Virus record (IMG/VR): IMGVR_UViG_3300045988_176028
Strand: one strand, 5' to 3'
Source: a virus
DNA length: 64,000 nucleotides
Positions 61,959 through 64,000 of this stretch are shown here, piece after piece. A program made the translations under genes and the position numbers. The notes beneath the pieces are model-generated. The model had not been told where the DNA came from. It was given only the letters and a program-made list of their open reading frames with translations, and did no database searches. Each line of letters starts with the position of its first letter. Position 1 is the first letter of the stretch.

Positions 61959-62189
61959 TCAGCGGATTACTTTCTCGCTCTGATTTGGCACTTCCAACGG
62001 CATAGAACCCGAATATCCCAACTGTTCCTCGCAGTGTGCGATGACGGCTTGCAACGCGAACCGTTCCCCTACAAGAAAATTCTCGTCCGAAGCGGTGGGA
62101 ATCATCTCGTTGATTCGGGCTATCTGTTCCTTGCACCAGTCTATGGTGTCATGCAGGGTTTTGTCTTTCTGAGTGACGTTCACCGCCAT
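61959..62189 (-). CDS. hypothetical protein (76 aa)
   Basis: GAAAGGAAAACAAG leader before the ATG. Confidence 0.5.
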   Translation of the reverse strand: MAVNVTQKDKTLHDTIDWCKEQIARINEMIPTASDENFLVGERFALQAVIAHCEEQLGYSGSMPLEVPNQSEKVIR

Positions 62190-62249
62190 CTTGTTTTCCT
62201 TTCTTCTGTTAACGGGGCTAAAATCGACTTTTTGTTGAAAATGACCCCG

Positions 62250-62363
62250 TTAACTTTCATTTTTCTGACGATAGGGGTCAATGTCGGCGTTTTCGACCAT
62301 GCGTCCGTAGTCTTGACAACGGCACATGGATTGGATTTTTCGCATGTACTTTGGGTCTGCCAT
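62250..62363 (-). CDS. truncated paralogue (37 aa) of 21492..21758
   Basis: MADPKYMRKIQSMCRCQDYGRMVENADID matches MADPKYMRKIQDMCRCQDCGLMADNADID. Confidence 0.35.
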   Translation of the reverse strand: MADPKYMRKIQSMCRCQDYGRMVENADIDPYRQKNES

Positions 62364-62367
62364 TGAT

Positions 62368-62811
62368 TCAGTCCTTCTTGGACGGGGCTTTCGTCAAGAC
62401 CGGCTTGACCAGATTCCCTTGAGAATCGTACACTCTGACGGTGTTCTTCTCCGAGTCGCCTACCACGGTGATGACCTGCCTCTTACGACCATGATTGGAG
62501 TAAGCCACGCACGGGGTGTCTCCGTCCCGCACGTCACCAACCCCTTTGCATTGTACGGATTCGTACCCGTAGGATGTAGCCAATGCTTCCTCGAAGGTCG
62601 GGTGCTGGGTCTTCTCCGCTCCCAGCGTCATAATCAACGCCACTACACTGATAATGCATCCTACTTCTAACAGTCCGCCTACGATTTTCTTAATCTTTTT
62701 ATCGTTAAATAAAAAGATAATTCCGGAAATGAAGGTCACTGTTATAACCAAGGTAAGAAACGCCGCAAAAAGAGCGAAAGGGTCTTGACTCCACTCGTTG
62801 AAATCTACCAT
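62368..62811 (-). CDS. 2-TM paralogue family member E
   Basis: MVDFNEWSQDP, two TM helices, conserved Cys pair, VRVYDSQGNLVK. Confidence 0.6.
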   Translation of the reverse strand: MVDFNEWSQDPFALFAAFLTLVITVTFISGIIFLFNDKKIKKIVGGLLEVGCIISVVALIMTLGAEKTQHPTFEEALATSYGYESVQCKGVGDVRDGDTPCVAYSNHGRKRQVITVVGDSEKNTVRVYDSQGNLVKPVLTKAPSKKD

Positions 62812-62817
62812 GTTTTA

Positions 62818-63198
62818 CTACTCCTTCTGATTTTGGTTTTGTTGAGGTGGAACCACTTCCAATCGGAAGGTTCTCTTGACGTTTGCCTTAATCTTGTATC
62901 TGCCGTTCTTGTCGGTGACGCTTCTGGCGGGATTGCCGACACTATCTTTGTAGGGAGTGCCATCGTCATGGACGACCGTGACCGTCACGTTGGGAACGGG
63001 ATTGCCCTGCCAGTCGGTGACGGTGGCCTCTAAGGTGATTGACCGTCCCCAGATTTCGGTTTTCAACCGATTGAGTCCATTTGTCAATGGTGGTGCGACG
63101 ATTAGTCCGATAACGCTTAATGCCACGACCAGTTGAGCTAGGCTCAAAACCAGTCGTGTCCAGAGTAGGATACCGTCGGTTCTATCATTTTCGTTCAC
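62818..63198 (-). CDS. TM-anchored protein with carboxypeptidase-regulatory/Cna-B-like Ig fold (126 aa)
   Basis: One TM helix, then VTDWQGNPVPNVTVTVVHDDGTPY...TDKNGRYKI. Confidence 0.5.
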   Translation of the reverse strand: MNENDRTDGILLWTRLVLSLAQLVVALSVIGLIVAPPLTNGLNRLKTEIWGRSITLEATVTDWQGNPVPNVTVTVVHDDGTPYKDSVGNPARSVTDKNGRYKIKANVKRTFRLEVVPPQQNQNQKE

Positions 63199-63683
63199 TT
63201 CCGGCCTGTCCTGCTCAACTCGAAACCGTCGAGATACAACTGGAACAGGCTCACATATTGGCCGTCTTCTATATCATCCTCCGGTTTTGCGTACAGTTGA
63301 GTGTTCAGAACCGCGACCGGCAGACCGGTATGCTCCTCCTGTTCGATGTGGAAGGGTATTTCCTCCTGACCGTGAGCGTTCTCGCGGACTGCCACACCGT
63401 AATCACCCACCTGTGGTTGGGTGGATGAACTGCTATCGTCAATATCCTCATAGGTGAGATAGAACGGCAGAAGCAGTGGATTGGGAACATTCTTCAACGG
63501 GATAAATTCTATACCGGCCTGTTGGGAGTGCTGTTGGCAGACGCCACTGTAACTGTCCCCTTCACCGTAATCCGGCCAGTGGCGGATTGCCACGATGGGT
63601 TTACTGCACGGGTATATTTGACCGTCCGAGTCAACCATGGTTTGGGCGCAACCTACGTCAATGAGTTCCTTAAGATTCAACAT
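63195..63683 (-). CDS. hypothetical protein (162 aa)
   Basis: Overlapping stop/start with both neighbours. Confidence 0.55.
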   Translation of the reverse strand: MLNLKELIDVGCAQTMVDSDGQIYPCSKPIVAIRHWPDYGEGDSYSGVCQQHSQQAGIEFIPLKNVPNPLLLPFYLTYEDIDDSSSSTQPQVGDYGVAVRENAHGQEEIPFHIEQEEHTGLPVAVLNTQLYAKPEDDIEDGQYVSLFQLYLDGFELSRTGRK

Positions 63684-64000
63684 GATTCGTCTTCTTCCAA
63701 GAGTTTTTCGCAGATGTGAATTATGTCGCCGTAGGAATTGTGGCCTCCTTGTTCGTCGGGTGACGGTGACTCGTCTGGGGAGGTGAGGTTCCGTATCATA
63801 CGGTTGTAGCGGAGTTCTTTTTTCTTCTTGTTCGCATAGTCGATGATTTCCATGAGTGCGGCTGTCCGACTGTCTGTGGTCGGTTGGACTCCATACTGTT
63901 TGACGCGGGCGATGGTGAATTCGTAGGCTGTGGTGAGGCCGTCGTAGAAAGTGTATTTTTCCAGCAGTTCCCCGTCCGGGGTTTCGGAATCTTTGACGGC
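63677..64000 (-). CDS. hypothetical protein, 5'-truncated by the window edge
   Basis: Open minus-strand frame ending ...ICEKLLEEDESC-TGA. Its stop (63677..63679) overlaps the next ATG in an ATGTTGA junction. Confidence 0.4.
   Translation of the reverse strand, partial: AVKDSETPDGELLEKYTFYDGLTTAYEFTIARVKQYGVQPTTDSRTAALMEIIDYANKKKKELRYNRMIRNLTSPDESPSPDEQGGHNSYGDIIHICEKLLEEDESC

Noticed and set aside
1-64000. Phage identity of the element (looked for terminase, portal, capsid, tail and lysis signatures)
   Set aside because: None was recognised in this window. The RepA/iteron origins favour a plasmid or phage-plasmid. The tRNA, tmRNA, ThyA and MazG content is phage-like, so the call is left open.

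Overview
All calls are manual, made from motifs and remembered family signatures. No searches or folding programs were run.

The 64 kb window looks like an accessory mobile replicon, either a megaplasmid or a phage-plasmid. I recognised no chromosomal housekeeping genes and no capsid, terminase or tail genes. The host is probably a high-GC Gram-positive actinobacterium, possibly Bifidobacterium-like. Evidence for that is a class E sortase with an LAATG substrate, and SecE and SecG homologues that resemble actinobacterial ones.

Genes sit in strand-coherent blocks:
- 0.1-23.7 kb (+): small hypothetical, membrane and zinc-ribbon genes.
- 23.8-44.0 kb (-): surface proteins, thyA, an RNA-repair module and candidate anti-restriction genes.
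- 44.1-49.8 kb (+): a predicted tracrRNA, cas9, cas1, cas2 and an 11-repeat CRISPR array. Gene content fits type II-C.
- 50.0-53.2 kb (-): nine tRNAs, a DivIVA-like gene and a tmRNA.
- 53.8-55.5 kb (+): an HTH gene, repA and an iteron/DnaA-box origin.
- 56.3-64.0 kb (-): an operon that includes the SecE and SecG homologues.

Other elements:
- A second RepA gene with an iteron origin at 4.0-5.2 kb.
- Three tnpB-only IS200/IS605-type elements that share an omega-RNA terminal hairpin, plus one orphan copy of that RNA.
- A G10 tract that frameshifts a ~1300 aa adhesin gene.
- A conserved ~25 nt promoter and 5' leader motif, present in about 18 copies and heading most transcription units.
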